NCBI GenBank assembly: GCA_014727915.1
Contig: WJMO01000009.1
Coordinates: forward strand, 1 to 64,000
DNA length: 64,000 nt
Direction: 5' to 3'
Source of the DNA: Candidatus Altiarchaeales archaeon
GTDB lineage: Archaea; Altiarchaeota; Altiarchaeia; IMC4; SCGC-AAA252-I15
Shown: one piece after another, positions 48,206 through 59,424 of the stretch
How the letters are laid out: every line of letters starts with the position of its first letter
Position numbering within the stretch: the stretch's first letter is position 1
Translations under genes and position numbers: made by a program
Notes under the pieces: model-generated
Databases searched by the model: none
What the model saw: only the letters and a program-made list of their open reading frames with translations
What the model was told of the DNA's origin: nothing

Positions 48206-48853
48206 CTATTTTCCCAAGAACTTGTCAGACAAGTCCTTCACTTCCTTCTCACTGAACTTCTTGAAACCCGCATCTGTGATGGTCACCAGTTCCATCCCAT
48301 CTCCAGAGTGCGAATCCCTGCTCAACGCAGCCGACAACGCCTTCAACGCGACGGGTATGTTCTCCTCGACGGTCTTGTCCTCCTTGTACTCCAATTCCAT
48401 GACACCGTATGCCATGGGGCTGCCACTGCCTGTCGCAGCCATCTTCTCCTCGATAAGGCCGCCAATCGGGTCCAATGTGAAGATTCTCGACTCACCCTTA
48501 GAGTATCCTCCGATTATCACCTGCACGAGGTAGGGGAATATCTTGTTGCCCTGCAGTATGTTGGCCAAGAGCACGCTAACGGACTCGGTGCCCATCTTCT
48601 CGCCGTTATTCATCTCATAAAGCCGTGATTCCGCCTGGATAAGCCTCATAAGGCTCTCAGCGTCTCCAACGCTCCCGGCTATGGTCGCTCCGACGTTGTC
48701 GTTGATGTTGAAGCTCTTCCTAGCCCTCTTACTCGCTATGAACCCGCCATAACTGGCCCGCTTATCCGTAGCAAACACCACGCCATCACTGCATGTCAAA
48801 GCAATGGTCGTAGTGCCTTTCAAAACCTTAGATTCCAAAGAAACCGCCTCCAA
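48206..48853 (-). CDS. psmB: Proteasome beta subunit
   Basis: Propeptide ending KG then TTTIAL; DKRAS, AGSVGDA, ATGSGS. Confidence 0.96.
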   Translation of the reverse strand: MEAVSLESKVLKGTTTIALTCSDGVVFATDKRASYGGFIASKRARKSFNINDNVGATIAGSVGDAESLMRLIQAESRLYEMNNGEKMGTESVSVLLANILQGNKIFPYLVQVIIGGYSKGESRIFTLDPIGGLIEEKMAATGSGSPMAYGVMELEYKEDKTVEENIPVALKALSAALSRDSHSGDGMELVTITDAGFKKFSEKEVKDLSDKFLGK

Positions 48854-49056
48854 TTAGAAAAAGGCTTGTCTAAAAGACTTGTACAACTATATGTCAACCA
48901 TCCTTTAAAAACATGATGGTGGTGTGATGGGAACCAGAAAAACAGGGATTATGCCTTATTACGGGCCACAGGAGATTTAAAAAACCCCGATCGCTACCTG
49001 AACTGCTTTATTAGCGTCTGATATCAATAGTTTCCATACGATATGGTGTTTTGCCG

Positions 49057-50118
49057 ATGTCCAAGTCACCTGGCAGGTCCAAGAAGGCGGGTCTGCCCCC
49101 AGGGTCTCCAGTGCATGTGGGAGAGAGCAAGCCGGGCAAGGTCAAGATCACGGTCTTCGACTACAACGAAACCCATCTGAAAGAGGAGGTGGCGTCGAAG
49201 GTCGAGGAATGCGCACCCTTCAAAAAGGGGAATACTGTCACCTGGATCAACATCGACGGCATACACGACGTCAAATCCATCGAGGCTATGGGGGTGGAAT
49301 TCGGACTGCACCCCCTGCTCGTCGAGGACATCGTGAACACGGACCAGCGTCCTAAGATCGAAGACCATGGAGACTACCTCTTCATAGTCTGCAAGATGCT
49401 ACACCCCGAACCCAAGAATGGCAGGTTCTTATGGGAGCAGGTCAGCATCATATTCGGCTCAAGCTATGTTCTGTCCTTCCAAGAGCATGAAGGGGACGTC
49501 TTCGACCCGATAAGGAACAGGCTCCGGGAGGGAAAACCCATGAGCAGGAAGTCAGGGGCGGACTACCTGGCATACTCGCTGTTGGACGCGATAGTCGACA
49601 ACTACTTCATACTATTGGAGGAACTGGGGGAGCGCATAGATAACCTGGAGGCGAAGGTTGTTTCAGACCCCACTCCAAAGGCCCTGCGGGAGATACAGAA
49701 GCTTAAGAAGGAGATGATATTCCTCCGCAGGAGCGTATGGCCCATGCGAGACGTCATAAGCGGACTGGACCGCAGCGAGTCCAATCTGATACACAAGCCG
49801 ACGAAGGTCTATCTCCGGGACGTATACGACCACACCATACAGGTTATAGACACGATCGAAACATACCGGGACATACTCTCTGTGACTATGGACATATACC
49901 TGTCAAGCATAAGCAACCGCATGAACGAGGTGATGAAGGTGCTGACGATTATAGCCACGATCTTCATACCCCTGACTTTCATCACAGGCTGGTATGGCAT
50001 GAACTTCAGGCACATGCCGGAGCTGGAGTCCCCACTCGGCTATCCGATCGTCTTGGCAATGTCCCTCGTGGTTGCCGTTTCGATGTACCTCTACTTCTAC
50101 AAGAAGAAGTGGCTTTAG
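49057..50118 (+). CDS. corA: Mg2+/Co2+ transporter CorA
   Basis: LHPLLVEDI, QRPKIE, YGMNF..MPEL. Confidence 0.96.
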   Translation: MSKSPGRSKKAGLPPGSPVHVGESKPGKVKITVFDYNETHLKEEVASKVEECAPFKKGNTVTWINIDGIHDVKSIEAMGVEFGLHPLLVEDIVNTDQRPKIEDHGDYLFIVCKMLHPEPKNGRFLWEQVSIIFGSSYVLSFQEHEGDVFDPIRNRLREGKPMSRKSGADYLAYSLLDAIVDNYFILLEELGERIDNLEAKVVSDPTPKALREIQKLKKEMIFLRRSVWPMRDVISGLDRSESNLIHKPTKVYLRDVYDHTIQVIDTIETYRDILSVTMDIYLSSISNRMNEVMKVLTIIATIFIPLTFITGWYGMNFRHMPELESPLGYPIVLAMSLVVAVSMYLYFYKKKWL

Positions 50119-51749
50119 GCCTGCCTATCCCGGTTCTCATAGACCACGTAATGGTGTTCCACTCTTCCCTCCCCGCCTGCCAGGCCGAGCATCCAAGCTC
50201 CGACACCGTCTCCAGCTTCCCTGAGGACATGCACCTCATAGGTCACCTCCCAGTCTTTGAGCGGGTCCACAGCATCATAGTATCCCCTCTGTGACAGCTC
50301 CTCCAACAGCCCGTCCGGCAAAACCATGAAATCGATGTCGTCCGGAGCATGGCTGAAGTAGAACTCGCCCGGGCTATAGTGTCTCCTTAGGTATCCGAAT
50401 CTATGGCCGTTGTAGGCCATGTACTGCACGAACAACGCCGGCCTGGCTTTGAGACCAGCTGCCATGTAAGTGAAGGTCACGACCACATCATCCTCGCTCG
50501 TTACCTCGTTCAGAAAAACGTTCATAGCGCGGATCTCATCACCGGGGGCGGGGGGCAGACCCCCAAACGCAAAGGCTTCCAAGTCGGCGTAGAATGTGAG
50601 CGCGAAAGGCAGGATAGCCAACGCAATCAGGTGTCGGGGCCTGTCTCGGAGGTATTCGCCGGTTTTCTTGAGGATGAAGGGCGACCCCGACACGAGCATA
50701 TAGTGCAATGGTATGCTCATGTGATCCCACCTGTTCAATGCGACCAACATCATGAAATAGGACATGGGATAGGATATGAGGATCGTCCTAGCCCGGACAT
50801 CGGAGATGAACAACAGCCCGAACATGGAGAGCATCATCAGAGCGGACGGAACCCTGCCGCTGAACATAAAATCCGTGTTCAAGGGCATCAGGGCCAGAAG
50901 GCTCAAACCCACTACCACGATGTACTCCGCCGGGGTGCTTCCACCCACACCATAGTATAATGCCCCAATGCCGTCCCTGATTCTCTCTGATACCCTGGGG
51001 AAGACCAGTGCACCCAACACCACGAAGGGAACGCCAAGGGGGTAGAGCCCGAAGTGCCCCATGAAATCCCTTGCGAACCCCTCCCCGTCTGCTGCGACCA
51101 TGAAGGACGCGAACAGGACTAGCGGAGCAGCAGATGCCAACACGGCAGTTCTGACATGTCTCCTGTCATGCCAGTATACGACAACGGCCATCGATATTAT
51201 GAACACGGTGGCAGTGTACTCTACCAGGCAGTTCAACCCGGTCAAGCCAGCGCAAGCCAGCAGATGCGTCCTGTCATCTGTTCTCACGTACCTGTGGAGG
51301 CAGTAGATTGAAGCCAGAGCCAGTACGCCCACGAGGTTGTTCGCATAGCCCAGGCGGTTCCAGAACACCATCTCAGGATAGAGGGCATAAGATAAACCCG
51401 CAACCAACCCGTACCTCTCACCCACTATGTCCCCCACCAGCCGGTATGCTATCAGCAACCCGGCCGCGGAGCAGAGCACGGAGAAAACGCGCAGAGATAA
51501 TATGCTCTCCCCCAACAACCTGACAAGGGGCGATGCCATCACGTAGTAGGCGGGTGGGTGGGCTATGAAATGGTACCTATAGCCGAAGTGCTGCGCACGG
51601 CCCTCCAGCAGGTTCGCCGCGGTGTTCAGGTTCCCCCCCTCATCCCACATCCACATGGGCGTGGACTCGAGGTTGACGGATCTCAAACCCAGGAAAACCA
51701 GGAATATCAAAGCCAGCTCCCATTTGACGCTAACACCCAAACCCTTCAC
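50115..51749 (-). CDS. GT-C fold glycosyltransferase (PMT/ArnT-like), paralog 2
   Basis: WMWDEG, HPPAYY, LRVFSV, WNRLGYANN; many TMs. Confidence 0.8.
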   Translation of the reverse strand: MKGLGVSVKWELALIFLVFLGLRSVNLESTPMWMWDEGGNLNTAANLLEGRAQHFGYRYHFIAHPPAYYVMASPLVRLLGESILSLRVFSVLCSAAGLLIAYRLVGDIVGERYGLVAGLSYALYPEMVFWNRLGYANNLVGVLALASIYCLHRYVRTDDRTHLLACAGLTGLNCLVEYTATVFIISMAVVVYWHDRRHVRTAVLASAAPLVLFASFMVAADGEGFARDFMGHFGLYPLGVPFVVLGALVFPRVSERIRDGIGALYYGVGGSTPAEYIVVVGLSLLALMPLNTDFMFSGRVPSALMMLSMFGLLFISDVRARTILISYPMSYFMMLVALNRWDHMSIPLHYMLVSGSPFILKKTGEYLRDRPRHLIALAILPFALTFYADLEAFAFGGLPPAPGDEIRAMNVFLNEVTSEDDVVVTFTYMAAGLKARPALFVQYMAYNGHRFGYLRRHYSPGEFYFSHAPDDIDFMVLPDGLLEELSQRGYYDAVDPLKDWEVTYEVHVLREAGDGVGAWMLGLAGGEGRVEHHYVVYENRDRQA

Positions 51750-53359
51750 CTCCCAGGATTCTCCAATACGACATAGTGCTGCTCGCTCTTAGCGGACCCC
51801 CCAAGCAGGCCGATGACTTCAGAGAGCATCCCCGGCTCCCTCCTATGCGTTGTGCGCAACTCATAGACTGTCTGCCAATTGTTGAACTGGTCTGTGAAAC
51901 CGCTGCCTCCACCGTCTTCGAACTCATCGAACAGCCCATGAGGGACTATCATATAGTCGATGTTATCCGGTGTTAGATCCAGCACAAACTCGTCCCTCCC
52001 GTATGCCCTCTTCCAGTAGCTGAACCCGTAACCATTGTAGGCTAGCACCTGCGAAAACATAGAAGATTCGGCGTCGACCTGGTGTCCAAGGTAAGTGAAG
52101 GTGATGACCAAGTCATCATATCGGGTGTTCTGGTTAACGAAATAGGCCATGTCCCTGAACCCCTCAACCGGCGACGGGGCCAGACCGCCCAATGCGAAGG
52201 CTTCCACGTCCATGTACAGGGTCAAAGCCAATGGCACGACAGCCACCAGGGCGAGCTTTCGCCTACCCCTCAGGGATTCGACGGCCTTCTTGAACAGGAA
52301 TGGCATTCCCAATCCCATGACATAATGCAGTGGTATCACCATGTGGTCGGACCTGTTCAAACCCATCAGCAGCATGAGGTAGAATGTAAAGTAGGGCAGT
52401 ACCGTCCTCTTGAAGCTCTTGTCCTCGATGAACAACAAACCGTTCAACGACATGAGGAATATGGCGGAGGGAACCCTGCTCGTGACCAGGAAGTCCCAGT
52501 TCAGCGGGACAATGGCAGCCAAGCCCAATAGCATGTAAACGCCGAACTCAGCAGGCAATCCTACATCCACGCCCACATAGACCGACTCCACAAATGACCT
52601 GGCCCTGTCCGACCACTTCACAAAAACAGGAGCCAACACGGCCAAAACTAAGACCGAGAGCGGGTACAACCCGAAATAGTTGAGGAAATCCTTGACGAAA
52701 CCCTCTGCCTGTGTTGCCAGCATCATGGCAGTGAAGAAGGCTAACGGCGCGGAAGAAAAAACCAAGCTTTTCAAAGCGTCTTTTGGCCTGTGCCAGTATA
52801 CCACGACGGCAAAAGCCAAAATGAACGCCACTCCCGTGTATTCGACGATCGGCATCAGCCCCGTCAGCGCCAAACCACCCCAATAGTATCTCCTGTCATC
52901 GGTCTTCAAATAGTTCTGCAGGCAGTAGATGGAGGCCAACGCCATCACCCCCAAGAGGTTGTTCGCGTAGCCCAGCCGGTTCCAGAAGACCATCTCAGGG
53001 AATACCGCATAGGATGCGGCCGCCACGATGCCATAACCCTCCCCCAAGACGTCCCTGACTATGAGGTAGGAGAGGATGAGGCCCACGATAGAGCACATCA
53101 CCGAGAACACCCTCACGGTAAGTATCGAAGCACCTAACAACTCCACCAAAGGAGCTAAGAGCATGAACTGAAGGGGGGGATGGGGTATGAAATGGTATTT
53201 GTAGGCAAAGAACCTCACCTCCCCCCTCAAAAGGTTGGTTGTATAGTTGAGGGTGCACCCCTCATCCCACATCCATACCGGGGTTGACCCGAGGTTAACG
53301 CACCTCAACGCAACGGCTAACAGTATTACGGCAGCCAGCTTCCAGTTCAACCTCATCAT
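51746..53359 (-). CDS. GT-C fold glycosyltransferase (PMT/ArnT-like), paralog 1
   Basis: WMWDEG, HPPL, VRVFSV, WNRLGYANN; many TMs. Confidence 0.8.
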   Translation of the reverse strand: MMRLNWKLAAVILLAVALRCVNLGSTPVWMWDEGCTLNYTTNLLRGEVRFFAYKYHFIPHPPLQFMLLAPLVELLGASILTVRVFSVMCSIVGLILSYLIVRDVLGEGYGIVAAASYAVFPEMVFWNRLGYANNLLGVMALASIYCLQNYLKTDDRRYYWGGLALTGLMPIVEYTGVAFILAFAVVVYWHRPKDALKSLVFSSAPLAFFTAMMLATQAEGFVKDFLNYFGLYPLSVLVLAVLAPVFVKWSDRARSFVESVYVGVDVGLPAEFGVYMLLGLAAIVPLNWDFLVTSRVPSAIFLMSLNGLLFIEDKSFKRTVLPYFTFYLMLLMGLNRSDHMVIPLHYVMGLGMPFLFKKAVESLRGRRKLALVAVVPLALTLYMDVEAFALGGLAPSPVEGFRDMAYFVNQNTRYDDLVITFTYLGHQVDAESSMFSQVLAYNGYGFSYWKRAYGRDEFVLDLTPDNIDYMIVPHGLFDEFEDGGGSGFTDQFNNWQTVYELRTTHRREPGMLSEVIGLLGGSAKSEQHYVVLENPGR

Positions 53360-53480
53360 GTATGTATTGGCATACGGGCATTTTTATAATCCAAAAAAAT
53401 CTCTACTTGGGTATGGGCTTGAGATGGGATCCCAGGTTCGGCGTAGCATTGGCGCTTCTGTCGACCCTCATCCCCTATAC

Positions 53481-54554
53481 TCAAGCATCCTTCTTCTTCC
53501 TCTGGGCCTTAAGCTCCTCGTAGAACTCTCCCGGCTTGTCCTCTGCAAGGGGTATGAGCTCGTCAGCGGCGAGCGTCAGCTTGTGCCTGCTCCCCTGCAT
53601 CGTACCCCTCTCCCCGAGTTTCTTCTTAACCATGGGGGTGACGATGTTCCGGTACGTGTTCCACTCGGGGGCGTGCTTTATCTCCAATCCGCAGTCCTTG
53701 CTGAGCCTCTGAATCAGCACGTAGGGGCTGAGGTGCTCGAGGAAGTCAGCCACCAGGTTAACGTATTCCATGAACCCGAGGCTCTTGTAGCTACCGCCCT
53801 CCCACATCCTCGCGAGCTTGGTGTCCTTCATAACCACCAGCGGGTATATCTTAACCGCGTCCACTCCCATCGCAGATATAACCCTGGCAGTCTCCATCAT
53901 CTCATCGTGCGACTCGCCGGGCATCCCAAGTATTATGAAGGACAGCAGGGGTATTTCGCGGGCGTGGCATTCGTCGACCGCTCTTATGAGCTCCGCGAGG
54001 CCGTGCTGGCGGTTCATCTCCCTCAGCGTGTGCTGGTGTGTGGTCTGCTGCCCCGCCTCCACCCAAACCTCATAGCCGGAGCTCCTGTACTCGCCGAGGA
54101 GGTCCAGCACCTCTTCCGGGAGGCAGTCCGGCCTGGTTCCAACGGTGAATCCGATAACGTCCTCGTGGGCGCTGACGGTCTCGTCCAGTATCTGCCTCAG
54201 CTTCTCCACGGGCGCGTAGGTGTTTGTGCCGAAGGCTATGTAGACCAGCCCCTTCTCGCCGGCGCCTACGGACTTGTAGTGTTCCACGTTATGGCGTATC
54301 TGCTCGGTGAAGCCCTTGTCTATGACCTCCCGGAAGTTCTGGTAGGTGAACTGCTTGGCGTGTGACGGGCAGAAGGCGCAGCCGTCCTCGCTCAGCCTCC
54401 CATCCCAGTTGGGGCAGACGAAACGCGCGTTCAACGGGACCTTGAAGACCTTATACCCATGGGCTTTCCGCTCGTATAGGCCGTAGGCTGAATACAACTC
54501 CCCCTCACCGTACAATTCGTCAACGAACTCCCGGTTTACTATCTGGGCTCCCAT
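53481..54554 (-). CDS. Radical SAM protein, TIGR01212/YhcC-like family
   Basis: CPNWDG....GCAFC, TNTYAP, GTRPDC, ILGMPGE. Confidence 0.9.
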   Translation of the reverse strand: MGAQIVNREFVDELYGEGELYSAYGLYERKAHGYKVFKVPLNARFVCPNWDGRLSEDGCAFCPSHAKQFTYQNFREVIDKGFTEQIRHNVEHYKSVGAGEKGLVYIAFGTNTYAPVEKLRQILDETVSAHEDVIGFTVGTRPDCLPEEVLDLLGEYRSSGYEVWVEAGQQTTHQHTLREMNRQHGLAELIRAVDECHAREIPLLSFIILGMPGESHDEMMETARVISAMGVDAVKIYPLVVMKDTKLARMWEGGSYKSLGFMEYVNLVADFLEHLSPYVLIQRLSKDCGLEIKHAPEWNTYRNIVTPMVKKKLGERGTMQGSRHKLTLAADELIPLAEDKPGEFYEELKAQRKKKDA

Positions 54555-54590
54555 AGGCCTTAACCTACTACGCTTTCAACGCTTAAAATC

Positions 54591-55370
54591 ATGACTGTCC
54601 TAGTCCTATACATGGGCGTGTTGAGAAACCCGGAGGACCCTCGAATAAACACCCTGATGGCTCCGGAACCTCTTGGCTTCGGCGGTGGGGAAAAGACGGT
54701 AGTGGGCTATCACATGGTCCGGAAGGATGCGCCCACTAGGATAGTGGGGCAGGTCCACGGCCTGGCCGACTTTGACATGCGCGAGAAACACCCCAACCCG
54801 ATCGTAGACTTGATAGGGGATAGGGCGATACTCTCGCCCGCCAGGCAGGGTTGGGCGGCGTCGGGCAGACGGCAGATGGAAGGCAATTTCCTGACAGTCC
54901 GTGAGGCGGTCCTCCGCCACATGATGGGCGAGGGGGAAAAACGCCTTCTAAGGCTCAGATCCGACGGAGTGAACATCGTCGACTACATCGACCAGCATGG
55001 GCTGTTCGAGGACGTTCAAGGTCCCGCGGGCGAGCTGCTGACAACACGGTGGACGGACTTCAAGAGGGCACTAACGGACAATGGCCTCCACATCGAAGAT
55101 GACGGGGAGAACTTCCTGCGAAGGCACACTGTCGGATTATGCCCTGAACGTCCTGTAGTGCAAGCTGCCAGGACCCATGGCTTCTTTGAAGTCACCCTGC
55201 CCCTGTCCGAGACTTGCAGGTTCGGAGGCCACCTGCTTACACCTGGCATGGTGCCTCTCGAGAACGCCCAACGCCTTACGATAACGGACCCGAAGGACGA
55301 ACAGCTGATACGCCAAACCCTCTCAGACAACGGACTCGAAAGCGTCAAACTGGAGATGCTGGGCAAATGA
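54591..55370 (+). CDS. Hypothetical protein
   Basis: Long ORF filling the gap with host-like composition; no motif recognised. Confidence 0.55.
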   Translation: MTVLVLYMGVLRNPEDPRINTLMAPEPLGFGGGEKTVVGYHMVRKDAPTRIVGQVHGLADFDMREKHPNPIVDLIGDRAILSPARQGWAASGRRQMEGNFLTVREAVLRHMMGEGEKRLLRLRSDGVNIVDYIDQHGLFEDVQGPAGELLTTRWTDFKRALTDNGLHIEDDGENFLRRHTVGLCPERPVVQAARTHGFFEVTLPLSETCRFGGHLLTPGMVPLENAQRLTITDPKDEQLIRQTLSDNGLESVKLEMLGK

Positions 55371-55382
55371 AGCTAAAATGCT

Positions 55383-56057
55383 TCAGAACTCGATCTTCCA
55401 TCCTACGCCGCCTTCCCTTGTGGCTTCAGGGTATCTTTCTCTTATCTCCAGCCTGTGCTGTGTGCAGTGGGTGGGGACGATCAGCTTCAGCCCTTTGAGG
55501 ATGTCGTAGTCGCTGAAGCCGTGGAAGCCTCCTATGATGCCGTATAATTCGCCGTGGTCACGTGCAGCCTCCATTATCCTGTCCACGCCGCAGTGGCTGC
55601 ACCCCGCCAATGCGACTACTCCCTTGGAGGTCTTCAACACCAGGCTCTGCTCGCCGATAAGCTCCCCCTCGTGCGTGCCCGGCAGCTCTCCGGTGGACCA
55701 GACTGAATCGGTTATCCTGACTGCGTCCTTGACTTCCACGACATCCGCATGCTTTCCCACCTCTTCCATGTAGTGCCGTGAGAAACCCGAGGGTATGTAG
55801 GCTCTCAGGCCCTCTCCGTTGCTGAGTATGCAGGGCAGCCCTCCTATGTGGTCCCAGTGGGGGTGTGACAGCACCACCGCGTCGATGTCTCTGATCTTGA
55901 TGTCCAGGGCTTCCATGTTCCTCTTCAGGTCGCTTCCCTTCCATCCTGTGTCGAAGAGTATGCTCTCCTCCGCTTCCACGAGGCAGCTGAATCCCCAACC
56001 TTCCGCCAGGCCTTCCTCGACGCTGTTGTTGTCGTATGCGATGGTCAGCCTCATCAC
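55383..56057 (-). CDS. MBL-fold metallo-hydrolase
   Basis: WGFSCLVE, LFDTG, SHPHWDHIGG, GCSH, GGFH, PTHCT. Confidence 0.9.
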   Translation of the reverse strand: MMRLTIAYDNNSVEEGLAEGWGFSCLVEAEESILFDTGWKGSDLKRNMEALDIKIRDIDAVVLSHPHWDHIGGLPCILSNGEGLRAYIPSGFSRHYMEEVGKHADVVEVKDAVRITDSVWSTGELPGTHEGELIGEQSLVLKTSKGVVALAGCSHCGVDRIMEAARDHGELYGIIGGFHGFSDYDILKGLKLIVPTHCTQHRLEIRERYPEATREGGVGWKIEF

Positions 56058-56169
56058 TTAACATATCCCCCCTCCAAATATAAATAATACAAATATTTTT
56101 TTAAATTATCATTGTTTTTTTCAAAACTATTTATAATCTGGTTTTATTGGTTGTTTTTCAATATGTTAT

Positions 56170-56757
56170 GTGGACATCGGTGTTCGCGGCCAGGGCGGCA
56201 TGGAATACCTCATGACCTACGGGTGGGCGATACTCGTGGTTGCCATAGTCGGCATAGTGCTCTGGCAGCTGGGATTCCTGAAATCCGGATCCACATCCAT
56301 CACCTCTACTGGCTTCATAAAGATCAAACCCCAGCTGAGCGCCACGAGCCTCACCGCAACCGGGATATTCACAACGGTATTCACCAACACGCTTGGCGCG
56401 GACCTAACAGTAACGGGCGTGAAAGTCTACGACCTGAACTCGGGAAGCTTGCTCTGCTGCTCCCACGACATACCCGGGGACTGCATGAGTGCAGGCGTGA
56501 TCGGGGCAGCATCCGACCTGGGCGGGAAGAACCACATGCAACTGAACGCTGGCGAGTCCGTGGACGTCTCCAAGGGCAGGAACGTGAAGGTGGAGATGGG
56601 GAACCTTGCTGGCGGCGCGGTCACAGCTTGCATGATAGCCGGCGGCGAAGCCGACGACTCCTACAACATACGCGTGGTCCTGCTGTACGACCTAGACCTG
56701 GGCGGTGCGACCGGATCCCACACGGAGTTGGGCACCTTCAGGGGCACCCTGGAGTAG
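56170..56757 (+). CDS. Class III signal peptide (type IV pilin-like) protein
   Basis: RGQGGMEYLMTYGWAILVV prepilin cleavage motif. Confidence 0.88.
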   Translation: MDIGVRGQGGMEYLMTYGWAILVVAIVGIVLWQLGFLKSGSTSITSTGFIKIKPQLSATSLTATGIFTTVFTNTLGADLTVTGVKVYDLNSGSLLCCSHDIPGDCMSAGVIGAASDLGGKNHMQLNAGESVDVSKGRNVKVEMGNLAGGAVTACMIAGGEADDSYNIRVVLLYDLDLGGATGSHTELGTFRGTLE

Positions 56758-56761
56758 GTGC

Positions 56762-57055
56762 TCATAGCAGGTCCTTCATATAGTCGCATTCCTTGTCTCC
56801 ATCGGCGTCTACGCAGCAGTATTCGGGGTGTCGGGGGTCAGGCATCTCCGGCGGCCGGCACTTGCTGGAAAGGTATTCCCCTGCATCTCTCACCGCGTCT
56901 TCGGTGTCGCAGAGGCCGTTGTGGTCGTAGTCTAAGCAGCAGCTTCCGGCGACGAGCATGTAGTCTTCAGGGCAGGATTCCGCTTCTTTCTTCTCCGCCA
57001 GGATGCACCCGGAGGCCATGAGGCAGAGGATCATGGTTAGGTGCAGTGCCTTCAT
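56762..57055 (-). CDS. Small Cys-rich lipoprotein
   Basis: ASGC lipobox; CCLDYDHNGLCD and CCVDADGDKECD Ca-binding-like repeats. Confidence 0.7.
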   Translation of the reverse strand: MKALHLTMILCLMASGCILAEKKEAESCPEDYMLVAGSCCLDYDHNGLCDTEDAVRDAGEYLSSKCRPPEMPDPRHPEYCCVDADGDKECDYMKDLL

Positions 57056-57135
57056 GGTTTACATTTTCCTGTTTGGCGTATTTATATCCGTCATGTTTTA
57101 GTCTATCTTCATAGCGTTATTGCGGAGGTTTTGGC

Positions 57136-57825
57136 ATGTTCGACGTGGTTGTTATGTTGTGGATGGTGTTCCTGCCGCTCCTGTTCTCGCTGCCCTTTCT
57201 GCTGGCCGTGCTTATACTGCTGAAGGACTCGGAGTCGCTCCACTATTTCCTTTTCGTCTTCGTCGCGACAGTTGCCTTCCTCATAGGCGAGGTCGTGTAC
57301 GGGTATGTGTTCAAGACTTCCATATACACGCCGGAGAGCCTCAGGTGGGTTTTCAGCACCATCGCCCAGGGCTATGCCGCGCTGATCGGCATATTGGGAT
57401 CCTTTCTCATCTACCACCTGCAGACCTTGAAGGAGTTCTCCCGGGAGGTGAGGAAGGGCGTCGTCAAGGGCATACCCGACTTCGACTTCTCGAAGATAGT
57501 CGTCGACGACAAGAACTTCGTATCTTATCTGAAGAGGGTCAGCGAGGGTAACAGGAGCGATGAGGTCAGGTATGCCATGTATTTCCTCGGTGTTCTCCTT
57601 GAGGAGAAGAACGAGGTCAGGTACATGATAAAGAACCAGTTCATGCTCTTGTTCACCTCAGTATTCCTCTCATTGGCCATATTGTTGGTGGTGGACGGTT
57701 GGTTCCTGGTCTATGGCATTTTCTTCAAGGTGTTCGTGTATCTGGTGTTCTCCATATCAATGGCGGCCCTGCTTTCCACGGTAAGGGGTGTTTTTAAGCT
57801 GACGCATTCTGCCAGCTTCCAATAA
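57136..57825 (+). CDS. Membrane protein, unknown function
   Basis: GGAGG SD; ~5 TMs. Confidence 0.7.
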   Translation: MFDVVVMLWMVFLPLLFSLPFLLAVLILLKDSESLHYFLFVFVATVAFLIGEVVYGYVFKTSIYTPESLRWVFSTIAQGYAALIGILGSFLIYHLQTLKEFSREVRKGVVKGIPDFDFSKIVVDDKNFVSYLKRVSEGNRSDEVRYAMYFLGVLLEEKNEVRYMIKNQFMLLFTSVFLSLAILLVVDGWFLVYGIFFKVFVYLVFSISMAALLSTVRGVFKLTHSASFQ

Positions 57826-57888
57826 GGAAAATATTACTCATTTTAGGGTAATATTTCATTTTTAAGTAATAATTCCTATTCTCATTGG

Positions 57889-58961
<1,073 letters not shown>

Positions 58962-58974
58962 GAGGTAGAATACG

Positions 58975-59424
58975 ATGAGCGGTTTGAAGTTGGGGTTCGT
59001 TGTTGGCGAGTTCAACGCCGACATAACGCACCTTATGATGGAGAGGGCCAGGGCCCACGCCGAGTTCCTGGACTGTGAAGTGACGCACATAATAAGGGTA
59101 CCAGGGGCTTTTGATGCGCCATTGGCCATTAAGAAGATGATAGAAAGGAGCGACGTTGACGCGGTCGTCACATTGGGCGCTGTCATAGAGGGCGACACAG
59201 AGCACGACCAGGTAGTCGCCCAGCATGCGGCCAGGAAGATGATGGACCTGGCGTTGGAGCACGGTAAGCCGGTTTCCCTGGGCATCTCAGGGCCTGGCAT
59301 GACCCGGGCGCAGGGTCAGGCGAGGATAGACGAGTACGCGAGGCGGAGCGTTGAGGCTGCTGTGAAGCTTGCCAGGCGCACCAGGGAATTGGGGAAGAAG
59401 GACGCTCCTGCGGTGATCGGGTGA
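58975..59424 (+). CDS. ribH: 6,7-dimethyl-8-ribityllumazine synthase
   Basis: EFNADIT, VPGAFDAP, LGAVIEGDTEHD, KPVSLGISGPG. Confidence 0.95.
   Translation: MSGLKLGFVVGEFNADITHLMMERARAHAEFLDCEVTHIIRVPGAFDAPLAIKKMIERSDVDAVVTLGAVIEGDTEHDQVVAQHAARKMMDLALEHGKPVSLGISGPGMTRAQGQARIDEYARRSVEAAVKLARRTRELGKKDAPAVIG

Noticed and set aside
53247-54365. 372-aa plus-strand ORF
   Set aside because: Antisense shadow of the radical SAM gene with no recognisable motifs.
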